A stretch of 64,000 nt of DNA from Felis catus (Eukaryota). Both the position numbers and the translations under genes were made by a program. How positions within the stretch are numbered: the first letter of the stretch is position 1; each line of letters begins with the position of its first letter. Of this stretch, positions 1 to 12,924 are shown in pieces. Location: NCBI RefSeq assembly GCF_018350175.1, contig NC_058368.1, forward strand, positions 120,096,001 to 120,160,000. Reading direction: 5' to 3'. A model generated the notes under the pieces. It was not told the origin of the DNA and made no database searches. It saw only the letters and a program-made list of their open reading frames with translations.

Positions 1-448
1 GCCAACAAATTGTTTTCAAAGGAGACCAATGCCCCCTCATAGACACATTTTTAATACTTTGTTGAAGGCAGTGTCCTCTGGGTTCTTCTCTGGTTATGGT
101 GGTTAGGATATGGATGAGCAGGTTACACACAGGTTTATTCTGTCATTCCCATCTCCCTGAGCATTCTGACTCCTTTATATATAGGTTCTGACATATCAAC
201 TTCATTACCCTTAGGCAATTCCTGAATCTCATTTGAATTAGCCAGTCAAGCACAATATTAACTTTACTCCCAGTGAGGTGAGTATACCAATATCAATAAA
301 TTTGCCCTAAATTAAGTTTCATATTTTGGTATATTTGGTCTAACACTATTAGTGTCTGCTCCCAGGCATGGTACCCCAACTTACTCCTTTCCCTTTGTGA
401 AAATTGGCAATGTCCTAGAGTTTTGTTTTGACATATATACTATTTGAC

Positions 449-490
<42 letters not shown>

Positions 491-1225
491 TTATTTATCT
501 ATATATATTCTTCCCAGACCAGGCTTTGAATTCTCTGTCTTGGCCATGCTAGGAGTTACCTTTTCTTTTTTCTTTCTTTCTTTTTTTCCTTTTATTCAGG
601 ATATCTGTTTCTGTCCAAGAGACTTAGGGATGAAGGGATGTCACCCTCATCTTTGTTCTGCCTAAATGTAGCCTCCTCACCTAGCAGGGTCTTACTGCTT
701 CTCCATTAGAGCCATTACATACAAGATCTGGTGCAGTTAAGCATTTAGTTGGTCTCCCAACTCAGTGTTACTTACAATCAGTCCCAGACATATCAGCTCT
801 AGGACTCCTGGAAAAAGAGCACTACAGCAAAGGTATCATCACGGCTTTCTGATTTTCCACTTGAGTTATGAGCTGGGCAGTTAAAGATTCCAATTTTTCT
901 TTTCTCAGGGCGACTGTTAGCTCTCCAGGGCTGTCAGAAGCAACTAACTAACCCCCAAAACATTCTAAACAATATTGTCACCATAGAAACTGAGTGCCAC
1001 AGCCACTTAATCTCCCAATCCCTTGTTTTCCATTTGCACTTCATGCCAAGCCATCTTCAGTTATACCCCAAATAATGATAATGCTACTGTGCCACATGGA
1101 ATACTGGTGTTTCATTTACCACCTACAAGGAAGGTATCTATGCTCTCCTTAAATATATAGGCAACTTAATCTCAGAATTCTGCTAGGACAGTTTATTTCC
1201 TCAGGCCCTTCCTATTCTATCAGCT
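1..1225 (-). mobile_element. Degraded ERVL-class internal (leader/gag-side) sequence, truncated by the window start
   Basis: Lies directly downstream (minus strand) of the LTR33-like LTR at 1230-1690 and resembles ERVL/MaLR internal sequence from recall; no intact ORF. Confidence 0.45.
449..504. repeat. (TCTA)n tetranucleotide microsatellite
   Basis: Directly visible; source of the 'YLSIYLSI' ORF. Confidence 0.95.
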
Positions 1226-1229
1226 ACGA

Positions 1230-1690
1230 TTTTGGTATTGGCAAGAAAAATGTGACATTCACATGCACTGAAGAGATTTTAATAAAGTGACTATTTACAA
1301 AGCTGTGATCACAATTGAGAGAAGATAACAAAGGCTGGTGAAGCACCCTAACTATTGCAAATGCAGTATTCGTTACCACCCGTAGGCCTACAGGGGCAAG
1401 GAGAGGGAGCTGTTGGCTGAATTCAGAGTGTTTGTGGTTATAGGAGAGGACCATTTAACTGAAGCTTTGATTTGAACAGTGAGTAGCAGACAAGTCCTCC
1501 CTAATAGGAAGGGTTCCAGAGGAACACCTCACATCCCACCGCTGTTCATCTGTGCTTGCCACTGGCCACATTGGACTGGAAGTTAGATACAAGGTAGCCT
1601 GTTGTTCTGCTCCACAGTCCTCTCCAGAGCAGAAAGCAGGATGGGTAAAATGGAGAGCAATTGTTAGGTGTAATAGGAAACAGACAGCCC
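1230..1690 (-). mobile_element. LTR33-like ERVL LTR
   Basis: tttaataaagtgactatttacaaag and ttaccacccgtaggcctacaggggcaaggagagggagc match recalled LTR33 motifs; ATTAAA polyA signal on minus strand near 1280. Confidence 0.65.
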
Positions 1691-1699
1691 AAGGAGCTA

Positions 1700-2050
1700 C
1701 TGTCATATCCCCATTTTATAGATCAGAAAATCAGGGTTCTGAGAGCAGGAGTCACCTGCCCAACGGCATTCGGCTCACTATCTGGGATTTCAACAAAAAT
1801 GAACCAAGTCTAGTCATTCAGTGGAAACTGCCACAAAAAGCAATCATTTGCCATTTTACTCTACAGAGAATTTTCTCCCTAAACAAGTTTCGTTTGTCAC
1901 TAAAAATGCTTCTGAGGTAGGAATTGCTATTATTTTATTTTACAGATGCAAAAGCTGGGTTCTGGAGAGCTTAAACTGTGTCCGTAAGCTTCCCACTTGT
2001 AGGTAGCAGAGAGGGTGTCTAGACTGCAGGCCTGCTGGTCTCCCGATACC
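1700..2050 (-). mobile_element. Two adjacent MIR fragments
   Basis: MIR core motifs ccccattttatagatcagaaaa and attttacagatgcaaaagctgggttctggagagcttaa. Confidence 0.7.
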
Positions 2051-2095
2051 ATATACAAGTCACCATGTCAGCAATCCAAGACTGTCATTCTTGTC

Positions 2096-2225
2096 ATCTT
2101 CCTTCTCTTCCTCCTCCTCCACTTCCTCCTCTTCTTCTTCCTCCTACTCGCCTTCACCTCTTCCTCTTCCTCCTCCACCTCCTCCTCCTCTTCTTCCTCC
2201 TACTCTTCCTTCTCCTCCTCCCCTC
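2096..2225. repeat. (CCT/CTT)n polypyrimidine low-complexity tract
   Basis: Directly visible. Confidence 0.9.
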
Positions 2226-3539
2226 TTTTACTTTTAATGTGGAGTATTGACCTAACCATAAACACATATTTTTGATCAGTTTTTAAGGGCTACTTTTTGA
2301 GGAAATTGTAAAATAGGTAGTTTCTCTTCCCATATTCCTTTGACACTCATGACCACCTTGGTGCCCTCCTATCCTGTGATGTTTGCCATTCTAGGCACTT
2401 AAGTGTGATTTGCCCCTGCTCACAGCATTGAAATACGAAAGTAGGGAATTTGCCTTTTGCTATGTTGAGACAAACATTTTAGCATCAGCTCTGGGATATT
2501 AGATTTACTGGGCTATAAATAACACTGATTAAAACACAGCAAATTTTTCAAAGGCTTAGGCCTTAGCATTTCATCAGCAGGGAAAAAATAATTAGTGAAA
2601 AAATGGGACAAACGTTGCTGGAGTATTCACCTAACCTATTTAAGGAATCGTTAAAATGATACTATTCTCTAACGTTATTATCCTTTTATTTTTGGTTACC
2701 TTTCTCGTGGGAATTATATCACAATGATTTTTTTCCCCCAGTTAAGATACTCTGGCAATCCTGTGTAAAAGTAGTAAAGAAATTAGCTGACTTTTTTTTT
2801 GAGACAGCTGTAAGTTTCCATGATGTTGAACTGAAGACGTCTTACTTACACGTCTATTTCCTATTGATTTTAAGACGCTACTATCACTTTTTTTTTTTTG
2901 CTGTTACATTATATAAAGAGTGAGTTTTCATTTAGAGTGTCACATGACAACCTCTACTTCAGTAATTGACTGAACTGTGCGTCTTCTTTTGCCTTTCTTA
3001 ATTTCTATGCCCTGGATGTGATGTTCAAATAAGAATACAAATAAAATTCTGAAAACTGTGTTTAATTAGGGGATTACAAGTAACTGACCACGTTACCTGT
3101 TTTCCACTGTAGGATTTCATAATACATTTAGCACATTTTTATTGAGTACTTACCATGTGCTAGTGCTATAACACAATCCAGAAATAGAGGCTGGGGTGGC
3201 AGGAGAAAAGTGTGTGAAGGGAAACGTTTTCAGATAATGTGTTCTAAGAAGTAGCCATGGACTAGGGCATGTGGGATATTGGTAGGGAAATCACAGGGCA
3301 ATGGCATCTTTCTTCTCTCAGTAGAATGAATGTTCCAGTGAAATAGATTGGGAGGAAACAAGGAAGGCTGATTGCAAAGCTGATGCGGAGCTGAGCACAA
3401 AGCTGAAGGTGATAGCATGTTCTTTTACTGCCATTCAACCTTGAAATAGCCCTTTCCTTGACTTTAAGACATAATCACAGCCAGCCAGGCCAGGGCCTAT
3501 ATTCACACCCAAATACCTCAAGAGGTGAGGCCTCAGAGG

Positions 3540-3710
3540 CATGGTGACTTTCCTCCAGTTAGACTTTCAAAGCATCCATTTTCTAATTTGCAAAATGAGA
3601 GCAATGGTTCTTTCCTCATGAGGATGTCATGAGTATTCTGTGAGGCAATTTATTTCAAATGCTCATCTCAGAGACTTGCACATATTAAGGGCTTAATAAA
3701 TATTTGCTAT
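3540..3710 (+). mobile_element. MIR fragment
   Basis: ttttctaatttgcaaaatgag...cctcatgaggatgtcatgag...aataaatatttgcta follows the MIR core and tail. Confidence 0.6.
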
Positions 3711-4289
3711 CGGAATGATTATATAATGGTTCTAAAGGTTTTTTAAAGCATCGCTCAGGGCTATTTGGAAAATGACATATACAGTCATTTGACATGCAGA
3801 CATATGGGGTCATTTTCTGAGAAAAGATAATCAGCTATAGTGATGATAGTAATTTAAGTAGAGAATTTCCCTTTTGAATAATATTCTTGATCTTATTCCA
3901 AGGTATTCTTTCAATGCATCTTTTCTTTGATCCCCAAAACACTAAATTATACTGCATTAGCTAATGAAGTGAATAATGCTGCTGATGGGCTTGACATTTT
4001 CTGACCAGTTGAAAAAATTAACCCTGCTGACTATAAACAGCCAGGAAATTGGTGACCTTTCAGCCATTAGCATCATTATGAAGCATAAAACAGGTAAAGA
4101 GAAAATGATTTATGCCTTGAAAATGTGTTGTGGAGTCAGTCATGCCCATAGACACAAGACTGGATTTCTAGGAAGGCAGTTTTCTCAGCTGCTGTGTAAG
4201 AACAAAAAAAAAATATATATATATACGTTAACACCCCGCTCTCTCAGACATGCAGGTTGTTTTTTTATTTCTTTAATTTTTCCTTCTGT

Positions 4290-4410
4290 ATGTATTTATT
4301 TTTTTTGTAAAATTTTTTTTAAGTAATCTCTAAACCCAGCATGGGTCTTGAACTCACAACCCTGAGATCAAGAGTTACATGCTTTACCAAGTGAGCCAAC
4401 CAGATGTCCG
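4290..4410 (-). mobile_element. Short/older Can-SINE
   Basis: gaactcacaaccctgagatcaagagttacatgctttaccaagtgagccaaccag is the reverse of the tRNA-derived head; T-rich tail on the left. Confidence 0.85.
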
Positions 4411-4444
4411 TAGTTTTTTTTTTTTTTTGATAGTCTAGCTGTCT

Positions 4445-5022
4445 TTTTTAAAAATAGATTTATTGAGGTATAATTAATATACAAAAATATGAAAATATTT
4501 AATGTGTACAATTTGATGAGTTTGGACATGGGTAAACACTCATGGTGTCATCACCGTAATCAAGATAATAATAGACATATCCATCAGCTCTCACAGTTTC
4601 CTATGTCCCTTTTATTGTGTGTATGTCTGTGTGCTAAGAGCATTTAACATGAGATCTACCATCTAAACAAATTTCGAAGTACTAAATACCATATTGTATT
4701 TAGCTATAGATACTCTACTGCCTATCTCTAGAATTTATCCATCTAGCATAAGTGAAATTTTATACCTGTTGAAAAACAACCTTGTATATCCTTCACCTCC
4801 CAGTCCCTGGACACCACTATTGTATTCTCTACTTCTATGAACTTGACTATTTTAGATTCTTCATATAAGTGAAATGCTATTTCACTTAGCATAATGTCCT
4901 TCATGTTCATCCATGTTGTCACATAGGGCAGGATTTTCTTCTTTTTAAGGTTAAGGAGTATTCAGCTGCATATATGTACCATGTTTTCTTTCTGTATTAA
5001 TTTTTCTTAATGTTTATTTATT

Positions 5023-5062
<40 letters not shown>

Positions 5063-5320
5063 CATTAGCAGAGGAAGGGTAGAGAACTTGAAGCGGGCTC
5101 CAGGCTCTGAGCTGTCAGCACAGAGCCCAACACGGGGCTCAAACTCATGAACCACAAGATCATGACCTGAGTCGAAGTCGGACGCTTAACCAAGTGAGCC
5201 ACCCAGGGGTCCCCTATGTTTTCTTTATTTATTCATCTATTGATGGCCGCTCGAATTGCTCCCCTATCTTGGCTATTGTTAATGGTGCTGTAGGGAAAAT
5301 GGGGTTATAGATAACTCTTT
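4445..5320 (-). mobile_element. Old L1 (L1M-type) 3' end
   Basis: tttattgaggtataatt...tttcacttagcataatgtcc...ttcatccatgttgtc typical of antisense L1 3' end. Confidence 0.85.
4997..5214 (-). mobile_element. Can-SINE (felid type) nested in L1
   Basis: (GA)n linker plus tRNA head; TSD atgttttcttt at 4981-4991 and 5216-5226. Confidence 0.95.
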
Positions 5321-5689
5321 GGTCTTAATGTGTTCATTACCATGTTGACCTTGGTACTGTGAATATCCTGTGCTCACAATGGTACGCTATTACTATTAGT
5401 CCCATTTTGCAGACGAGGAACCTAAGGCTTAGAAAACGCCCATTGGAGGGTAAGTTTTCTATATTCTGCCTTTGAAGATCATAGTGTGAGATTGTGAGTG
5501 TGGACTCCAATTAGATGTATGATTATGTCATGGAGCCATGCTCTGTATGGTCTAAATGCAGTGTTGGACAAATATGAACCTTCAGCATCATGCTCGTCCT
5601 CACTTCACCTCCTGTTACTTTATTATTCACAAATGAGAAAAACAAGACACCACAAACAGTCTTATTTCTATGCCAAGAGCAAGTAGAAC

Positions 5690-6150
5690 TGATGATTTGC
5701 CTCTCTGATCTATCCTTCCCATCATTCCCCATTGCTAGCCAGGGAACAGCCACAGAGGCCTTCTTTTTGTGCCTTAATAGGTCAAATTTATTCCTACCTC
5801 AAGGATGTTGCACTTTTTACTTTTCCCTGGCTCATTTTCTTTTGGACTTTACCTTACAATGTCTTTCTTAGATCCAAGTCTTAGGATAGTTCAGGTATTA
5901 TCTTTGCTGAGAGAGATCTTTCCTGATACTCCTTTTCCTGCCATTTTCACCTTTGTTCACTCTGTATGATTTTGCAGTTTATGCATAGCTTTTTTCACAT
6001 TTGTTTGTATTTTTGTAAATTATCTGTCTTCTCTACGGGAATGCATAGTCAGTAAGGCAGAGACTTACCTGTCTTGTTCAATGCTGGATCCCCAGTACAG
6101 TGTACATAGTAGGCACTCAGTGAGCTTGTTGAATGTGCCAGTGAATATTG
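5690..6150 (+). mobile_element. L2 3' fragment
   Basis: gtcttgttcaatgctggatcccc...catagtaggcactcag...ttgttgaatg L2 tail. Confidence 0.7.
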
Positions 6151-6659
6151 GAGTGAGGAGAAATACCATGGGAGCAGGTGTTTCTGACACCTCCATAGAA
6201 AATTTAGCTTTCTAGCATATCAATTTACATCTATACTCGAGAATTGGTGCCAGGGGCTGGGAATTATTAAAAAGACAAAACAAGAGATAGGCTTTGGCCA
6301 ATTATCAGAGACTGTCTGACACTCTAAGGGAAAATGTATTCCTGGTGTAATAGGATAGCAAAGAAAGCAACAGTCCTAACTTAGAATCAATAGGAACTTG
6401 GCCCCCAGTCTAGAATAACACAGTTCTATGGGGACACCTGGAAAGCACCATATAAAATTTCATGGCAGAACTCATTTCTTTTCTTCTTTTACATAATAGC
6501 TCTAGAATATCAAAAAGAGGATACTGATACTATAATATATCCAGGGAAATTCAAAAAATGGTATGACAATAGAAAGCAGAATGTAAGGAAACTACAAGTA
6601 GAGAGGTGCACTCTCAGACTCTAAGGCTCATCTGTTTGTTTAACATATGCTCACTCCTG

Positions 6660-6668
6660 GTCTCTCTT

Positions 6669-6707
<39 letters not shown>

Positions 6708-6720
6708 GTCTCTCTCTCAA
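6660..6720. repeat. (TC)n microsatellite
   Basis: Directly visible. Confidence 0.9.
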
Positions 6721-9700
6721 AATTCTTATGGGTCTGCTTCCTGACTTAGCTCACTTAAAGAAAATATCTCACCTGATAGAATGAGATGTTTTTCTTCACA
6801 CCATGGGAGACTTAGGTGACTTAGCAACCAGAGGCCCTGATGTCCGTCCCCATAAGAGGGCAAGCGTGGTACATGGTGAAACAGTGGGTGAGAGCATATA
6901 TGTTCTGGTACTGTAAGGTTAATCATAGTTAACATTTTGTAGAATATGACCATATGTAAAGCACATTGTTGTATATGTTTTCACATTATCTGATTTTATT
7001 TTCAAAACAATATTCTAAAGTAAGTCCTGTTGAAATCCCCATCTTAAGGTTGAGTGAAATGAAATTTGCAGAAATATTCAGTATCATTCAGGTAGTGAGT
7101 GGTGGGGATCAAATAATGCCTTCACATGTTTGACTCCAGTGCATGTCATTTGAGATGTGCCTCCAGTGCCCCAGATCCCAGGGTATCATATTACAATGCC
7201 ACAGTTACAGCACTTACAAAGCGTTTATTATGTACCTGGCTCTGTTCAAGGTTCTCCACATGTTTCAATTCCATCATTGCTCACAATAACCTACCAGGTA
7301 AGTTCTTCTTTTCCTTCTCTTTTCCTACTTGTTATTATGTCCATTTTATAAATGAGAAGATCACAGTCAAGAGTAGTTGAATAGCTTGCTGAAGCCTACT
7401 CATCTAGTTAATGGTGGAGGCTTTCAACCCAGACAGTCTGGAGGCAGAATTCAAGCTCTTAAAGCATTATGCAGTATACTGTGACAATATAGCTATGGTG
7501 TTTTCCTACCTCTTGATCGCAAGGTCTCATGACCATTAATTTGGAAGGAAAACCTCTCATGACTGAACTCTATCCAGGGTATGTATTGTCAGCCAATACT
7601 AAGAGAACACAAGCTGGAATAGTTAAAGATCTTCCTAGGTGAGAGCCCTGAAGTCTGAACCGACCTTATGCCTAATGGGTTCCAGGATACAGCCATGTGA
7701 CTCAGAGACCCCTTTTAAAAAAGCACAAAGTTTGGACCTCATTTCCTTTGGGAGTATTTGGGTGGGAGGGTCTATTTGTTGATATCAGTTGTGTAAGTGT
7801 TTCCTTGTCTATTTCCTGTCTCCCCTTCTGGCATGTAAACTTCATCAAAAAGGGACCTATTCTGGCTTAGTTTTGCATGCACACTTTCTCATCCAGTGCC
7901 TGAAAACTGATAAACATTTAATAGATATTTGTCCAAAAAAAGATTAAATGAATTCGTGTGTAAAGAAATTGCAGGATGCAATGAGAATTTTGAAGTCAGA
8001 CACAACCGAGTTTGTGTCCTGGTTTTCCCATTTTATAGTAATGTGATTAGAATCAGACAAAAGCAAGTTCTGTTCTGGCTTCCCATTTCATAGTAATGCA
8101 ACCTTGGGCAACGTATATAACCTTCAGAGTCTCAATTTCTTCATGTGGGAAAAGGGGAATAGACGTTCCTACCTCCAGGGTTATGATTGTGATGAGTCCA
8201 TGAATGTAAATCACTTAGTAAAAGATCTTATTAATAATAAATATTAGATCCCCTTTCGTTCCCTTTTCATTCCTCATCTATAATTGCTTTTAGTGGTGAC
8301 TGTAATATTAGCACATATTGAAAGCATCAAAGGTCTCTTGGTTTCTTCACTTGGGAATCCTTAACTTTTCTTGTTCAACAATAAATTGCAATCTATATGG
8401 TAAACCTCCTGCTTTAGGATAAGTAATGATAGGCAAAGATATTTTTGTTATTTCAGTAATTGTAAGAGTTATAGCATAGGATGCAGAGTGTGATTTCACA
8501 TATGTCTAAAAGGTATGTGTTTCTGTGGTAAAATTACAGAAATATGTACATAAAATGTTAAAGGTGGTACTTCCAACGGTAGGATTATCAATTGTTTTCT
8601 CTTCTTTCATTTTTCAAAAGTTGGTCCTGTTTTCTACATCTTTCACAATGAACATGGCATTTCATATACAAAAATACTGTACTCCAAGTTATATGGCTTG
8701 ACAAGTACAAGCAGAAGGAGAAGTCTCCTACTTATGGTCAAGGCTTTATTTTTCAACTAAATTCAGAGAGAAATGAGGAAGATCTCAGACAAGACAGAAA
8801 TAATTCCTTTATGCCTCTAGACATCCTTTTCTGAAAGGATTAGAGATGAAGAAGCTGGCAATTCTTCCCAAAATTAGCGTAAAAAGATCTAATAGAGATT
8901 TTCTCTCACATGCAACTGCTGAAGGAAGGTAGAAGGTGGAATGTTCCTTCATTTGTGATGCTGGTATCCATCAGAGGTTAACACAGGCTGATAGAAGATG
9001 GCTGTTGGCAATGTGGAGTACAGACACAGTTAGCTCTCGCTTAGGTCAATATAGTCCTCCTCTGTAATAGATATGCTTCTAGAAAGATTGGTAGGAGTCC
9101 TATTTCTACGAATTGCATTGTGGAGAAAGCTAGCTATATCAATTCATTCTGTTGGGAATCTGTATGAAGGATAAGTAACTCCTCCTCTTTTATTCCAATT
9201 TCTCTTAATACACTTTTTTTTGGTGCTCATTCAGTGAACTAGAAAAATAAACGCTTGTGCATCATTAACCATTGTATACCAACATTTTTAATGTTACTTC
9301 ATATTTCATTGAGAGGGTGTCTCCAAATTTATTTAACCAATCTCTAATTGCTCTATGTTTAGATTGTTTCTGATGTTTTCTGTTATTTATAGCATTTTAC
9401 ATCATGGTAGTTATAGATTTGAACACATCCATAGGTTATGTATTCAAAGAATATGCTTCTGTGACTCTAGTTAGCATAATGCAAACTGGTCTACCACTTA
9501 GACCAGCAACATAAGATAGTTTGCATTTCCCACTGACAAATTTTGGCTGCTATTAAAACATGCCAATTTTATAGTTGAAAGTGGTCTCTTACATTGAGAG
9601 AATATCTATTTCTTAACTTACTAATATGATTTAAAAATTTTCCCTCCAAGTCTTACATACCAGTGCTGTGACTTTTGATTCTCAAAGTGGATCATAGTGC

Positions 9701-9862
9701 CAATGTGGGAGGAAAAATTGTTGGGTTTGAATTCAAAGTAGTTCATTTATTAACCAAGTAACCTTGGGCAAGTCCCTTAACTTTTCAATGCTTTGTAAAA
9801 TGGTGGTAATAATGGTACTTATTCCAGAAGATTGATGTGAAGATTAAATATGTTAAAGCATG

Positions 9863-10087
9863 TGGGCGCTTGGGTGGCTCAGTTGGTTAAGCGTCTGACT
9901 TGGGCTCAGGTCATGATCTCGTGGTTTGAGAGTTCAAGCCCTGCGTTGGGCTCTGTGTTGACAGCTCAGAGCCTGGAGCCTACTTTGGATTCTGTGTCTC
10001 CTTCTCTCTCTGTTCCTTCCCTGCTCACACACTCTCTCTCTTTCTCAAAAATAAATAATAAAAGCATTTTTAAAAATTAAAAAAAAC
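9863..10087 (+). mobile_element. Can-SINE inserted in a MIR
   Basis: gggcgcttgggtggctcagttggttaag head, (CT)n, A tail; TSD aaatatgttaaa on both sides. Confidence 0.95.
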
Positions 10088-10187
10088 CAAATATGTTAAA
10101 ATATGTAACATTCTTGGATCATTTTCTAAGTGCTTAGAAAATGGAAAGTATTCAATAAACATCAAATTCTTCTGTGAGTTACCCCTT

Positions 10188-10270
10188 TGGCATCCTTCTC
10201 TGGGCACTACTCTTTAAGAGAACCATTGATAAACTGCACAGAATACAAAAGAGAGTCCAGGATGACAGGA
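10188..10270 (+). mobile_element. CR1/L3 LINE ORF2 C-terminal remnant
   Basis: Translates ILLWALLFKRTIDKLHRIQKRV, resembling the CR1 motif VQFWSPHFKKDIDKLERVQRRA. Confidence 0.6.
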
Positions 10271-10499
10271 CACATAGAAGAGTAGGTAAAGGCTACTGAT
10301 GGTGTTTTGACTAGTGAGGACTCAGAGTAATATGAGTATGAGGGATATTCTCTGATACATGAGGAACTTGGTGCAGAAGCAGGAGTAGATAAATCTCTCA
10401 ATGATTTCACCAGTCAGAGCTAGGACAAATACATATAACCAAGAAGATGATTTCGGAAGAATTTTCTAGAAATGTAAGTATCGTTGTCATTTTTTTTTT

Positions 10500-10930
10500 C
10501 CTGACAAGTGTATATTTCCCCTTCTTCTGGAAATTATAGCATATGGATTTGTCTTTGAGAGTAGTTCTCCCTAACTAAATCCAGGTGGTTTGGGTGGGAT
10601 AAACTTTCTCCTCACCCACCTTCAAAGTGGGCACTTGACCAGGGCCTGGCTGGTTACATTATTTTATCCTCTTCAAAACTGCTCGTGGGACAAGAATGGA
10701 AACATGACAGAGAAGTCCAGTGAATTCAAGTCATGGATTTTGCTGAAGCTTTGCATCCGAGGTGGGTAAAGTATAAGATTGGAACTATTGATAACCATCT
10801 TACCAACTGCTAAAAGAGCCTGCTGGAGAGTGAATCCAATACAGAGAAAGCCTTGCATCTGATGATATGATTTGAACTCCTGGATCCAACATTGCATGAA
10901 TGCCACACTTGGAATTCTTAATTAGGTCAG
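10500..10930 (+). mobile_element. MLT1 (MaLR) old LTR, MLT1J/K-like
   Basis: gtgggcacttgaccagggcctggc, accatcttaccaac, tttgaactcctggatccaac motifs; similar to 49882-50380. Confidence 0.6.
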
Positions 10931-11259
10931 TGCTCAAAATTGGGTATGCATTACTTGGAACTTAAGGAATCCTGTCTAAGTCAGTGAAAAGCAAATTCTT
11001 GATCAATTTCAGATGCTCAAACTAAGGGTGTTTCAGACCATTGTTTGTTGGTATTGTTAGCAGTGACTCATGCTTTAGACAGGGTATAAAACTAGATCTT
11101 TATGCTTACTTCGTCCATTAAAATTCTGCGAGAGCCTTTTTCATATTGGGGGTCTCCTACTCAGCTAAATGCAAGATGCATAACGGTTGTCCATGATTTA
11201 TATTTGAAAATATGTCTGCTAGCCTGAAAATCCTAGTCATTTTAGCCAAGATGGGTGTG

Positions 11260-11650
11260 GTGAGTATCTCCCATTTCCACTCTAGACATTCCCTCGTGCT
11301 TTTCTACCATGCTCTGTGTTTTGGAAAAGCTGAACCTATATAGGTGGCATCAGTGGGATCTCTTTCCCTCTGGCTTATCCCAAGAGCTGGTAAGAGATTG
11401 GAGGCTTGCAGAGTGTTGTGCTGGTATTCACTTCTCTGTGTTCATCCCTGTGACATCACTATGGTTTGACTGCTTCCTTTAAGCAAAACTATAGTGCTTT
11501 CTACAGAGCTCTCTATCACCAGGTTCTGGTAACTGCTCCCTTACATTTTAGGAATGATAATAATGCAAGTTCTTGTGGTTGCCCAATACCCTGCCTGCAT
11601 TGTGACTCTTCTTAGAGTAACTAATTTGTGTGTACCATCTGTTCCAGGAT
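11260..11650 (+). mobile_element. LTR33-like ERVL LTR
   Basis: ccaggttctggtaactgctccc and ttccctctggctt motifs; opposite orientation to the copy at 1230-1690. Confidence 0.6.
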
Positions 11651-12466
11651 CTGAAGTAATGTGGAGATAGGTATTTTTACACTCTCTTGCTAAGGCTGTA
11701 GTGTTGAAAGATTGAGCTCTTGGATTCTGACCCAAGAAATCTAACCACATATCAAGTAATATCCTAGAACTGATAGCTTTGGAAAAGATCATTTCAATTC
11801 AGGTAGAATTTGTTGGCAACCAATCAAACACAGCATAGTAAAACTAATTAACCAAAATGGTAATCAGGCAAAAGAGTTAATAATGGAAACTTTTTGAGTA
11901 TGCATTTCTTATGTTTTATGTTTTTCATGTATGCTGAGCTTACATGATGTGATAATTAGTGTTCTTGTAGAGATATCACTGATAAGGGTCCTAGGAGTCA
12001 TACATATAAAATTATGAAGAGCATTATCCAGAGTCTCTGGATATTTAAGTTGAACATTTTACATTTTTTGGAACTAGTATGCATATTATCTGAAAGTATG
12101 GCCTCAGAAGCCACAATATCCTGCGTTTGATTTCTAAATCAGCTACTAATGAGGTATATGCCCTTGAGAAATTAAACAACTTTTCTAACCTCTGTTTACC
12201 TCATTAGTAAAACAAAGATGATAACGGTGTTCATTACACATTGCATATAAAGAACTTAGTAAGGCAAAGTGCTCAATTAAATGCTTCTATTATTAGTTTC
12301 ATTGTGACTACTATGGTATTTTCTCCATGAATAGGCATCATTTTACCATCCATATCTAAGACTCATAAACTCAAAAGTCTGTGGGGCAAGCATGTAACAT
12401 GAGTAAGTATGAGTGGGCCTAGGCCATTTTCCCCTCTTAATCTCTTTTTACAATCCTGCTTTTGAG

Positions 12467-12658
12467 GGTTTTTTGAAAGTACTTACTTATTTTTTAGAGA
12501 GAGAGTGAGCAGGAGAGGAGCAGGGAGAGAGGACAAGAGAATGCCCGGCAGGCTCAGAGCTGTCAGCACAGAACCCGACATGGGGCTTGAACCCACAAAC
12601 TGTGAGCTCATGACCTGAGCTGTCTGACACTTAACTGACTGAGCTTCCAGGCACCCCT
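12467..12658 (-). mobile_element. Can-SINE
   Basis: Head and tail motifs; degenerate TSD tacaatcctgctttt / tacagtcctactttt. Confidence 0.9.
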
Positions 12659-12924
12659 ACAGTCCTACTTTTTATAGAGAAAGATATTTCTCTACTCTGA
12701 GCAAAACAGCTGTGGAAGCTTAGTGACAAATGCAAGTGATTCTGACTTAGTTTCTCAGGGAGGAAAGCAGCCATCTTGTAGTTTTGCTGCTGGTTGCCTT
12801 ACAGGAATATGGGCCAAATCCTGCTAAGCCTTTTTTTTTTTTTAAGAGAAAACTGGATTTTTGAGGAGAACTATAGTTTCAGGGTTGCATATGAAGCTTC
12901 TTAATTTTTATTAGTAAGATATTT

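Noticed and set aside
9863..9945. tRNA genes suggested by A-box/B-box motifs
   Set aside because: They are the tRNA-derived heads of Can-SINEs, each followed by (CT)n and an A tail.
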